In this document: positions 63,398-64,000 of the stretch, piece by piece | Layout: every line of letters begins with the position of its first letter | How positions within the stretch are numbered: the stretch's first letter is position 1 | NCBI GenBank assembly: GCA_030390025.1 | Contig: CM059432.1 | Coordinates: 33,296,001 to 33,360,000 of the forward strand | Source of the DNA: Squalus acanthias | Taxonomy: Eukaryota | Direction of reading: 5' to 3' | Length of the DNA: 64,000 nt | Position numbers and translations under genes: made by a program | Notes under the pieces: model-generated | Told to the model about the DNA's origin: nothing | What the model saw: the letters and a program-made list of their open reading frames with translations, nothing else | Databases searched by the model: none

Positions 63398-64000
63398 GAA
63401 TTATTTATTCTCATTGCCTGCCTTTAGTTGCCCTGAGAAGGTGGTGGTGGGCCACCTTCTTGAACTGCTGAGTAGCAGTTTGATACAACTGAGTGGCTTG
63501 CTAGGCTCCCTCAGGGAGAAGTTGAGAGCCAACCTTGTTGGTGTGGGACTAGAGTCACATAGGCCAAACCGGGTAAGGACGGCAGGTTTCCTTCCCTAAA
63601 GGACATTAGTGAATCAGTTCGGTTTTTACAACAATCTTGACAGCTTCATGGTCACTTTTACTGGTGCCAGCTTTTTTTTTTCCCTTTTAAACTTAATGCA
63701 AATTCTCAAACTACTGTGGTGGAATTTGAATTTACTGGATTATTAGTCCAGGTAATCTGGATTACCAGTCCAGCAACGTCCCCACTACACTGCCGTTCCT
63801 GAAGAGCAGTGACTGACTCCTTGTTGGGAGGGCTGGCCTGATCCAGGCTTCGCCTAACTTCCACACACGAGCACTTTTCAGCAGGAGTCACTGGAGAGCA
63901 GGAAGCCTGGGGAGTTTCTTGTCAGTTGATTCAGGATTAAACCTGGGACATAACTATTCTGTGTGTCTCAGTATCATAAGGGGCAATGAGTTTAACCACT

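Overview
Eukaryotic genomic DNA, very probably from a shark or other cartilaginous fish (HE1-like V-SINEs, SacSINE1/DeuSINE-like SINEs, HER1/CR1 LINEs). It holds two complete spliced genes in head-to-head arrangement: JMJD4 (minus strand, 6 coding exons, 17231->4685, 424 aa) and SNAP47 (plus strand, 4 coding exons, 25467->54821, 419 aa). I assembled both by hand from GT-AG sites with consistent phases. The intergenic promoter is a GC-box minisatellite that two Penelope-like retroelements (PLEs) have split at the same position of the repeat unit. The rest is repeat-rich: two PLE families carrying minimal hammerhead ribozymes (one as fold-back copies with 12-bp TSDs), an unannotated ~1.4-kb solo LTR with a 6-bp TSD and a spumavirus-like R layout, a LINE that shares head and tail with a SINE family, nested CR1 LINEs, several MITEs and a 1.9-kb 36-bp minisatellite. 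Family names come from recalled motifs, not from database searches.
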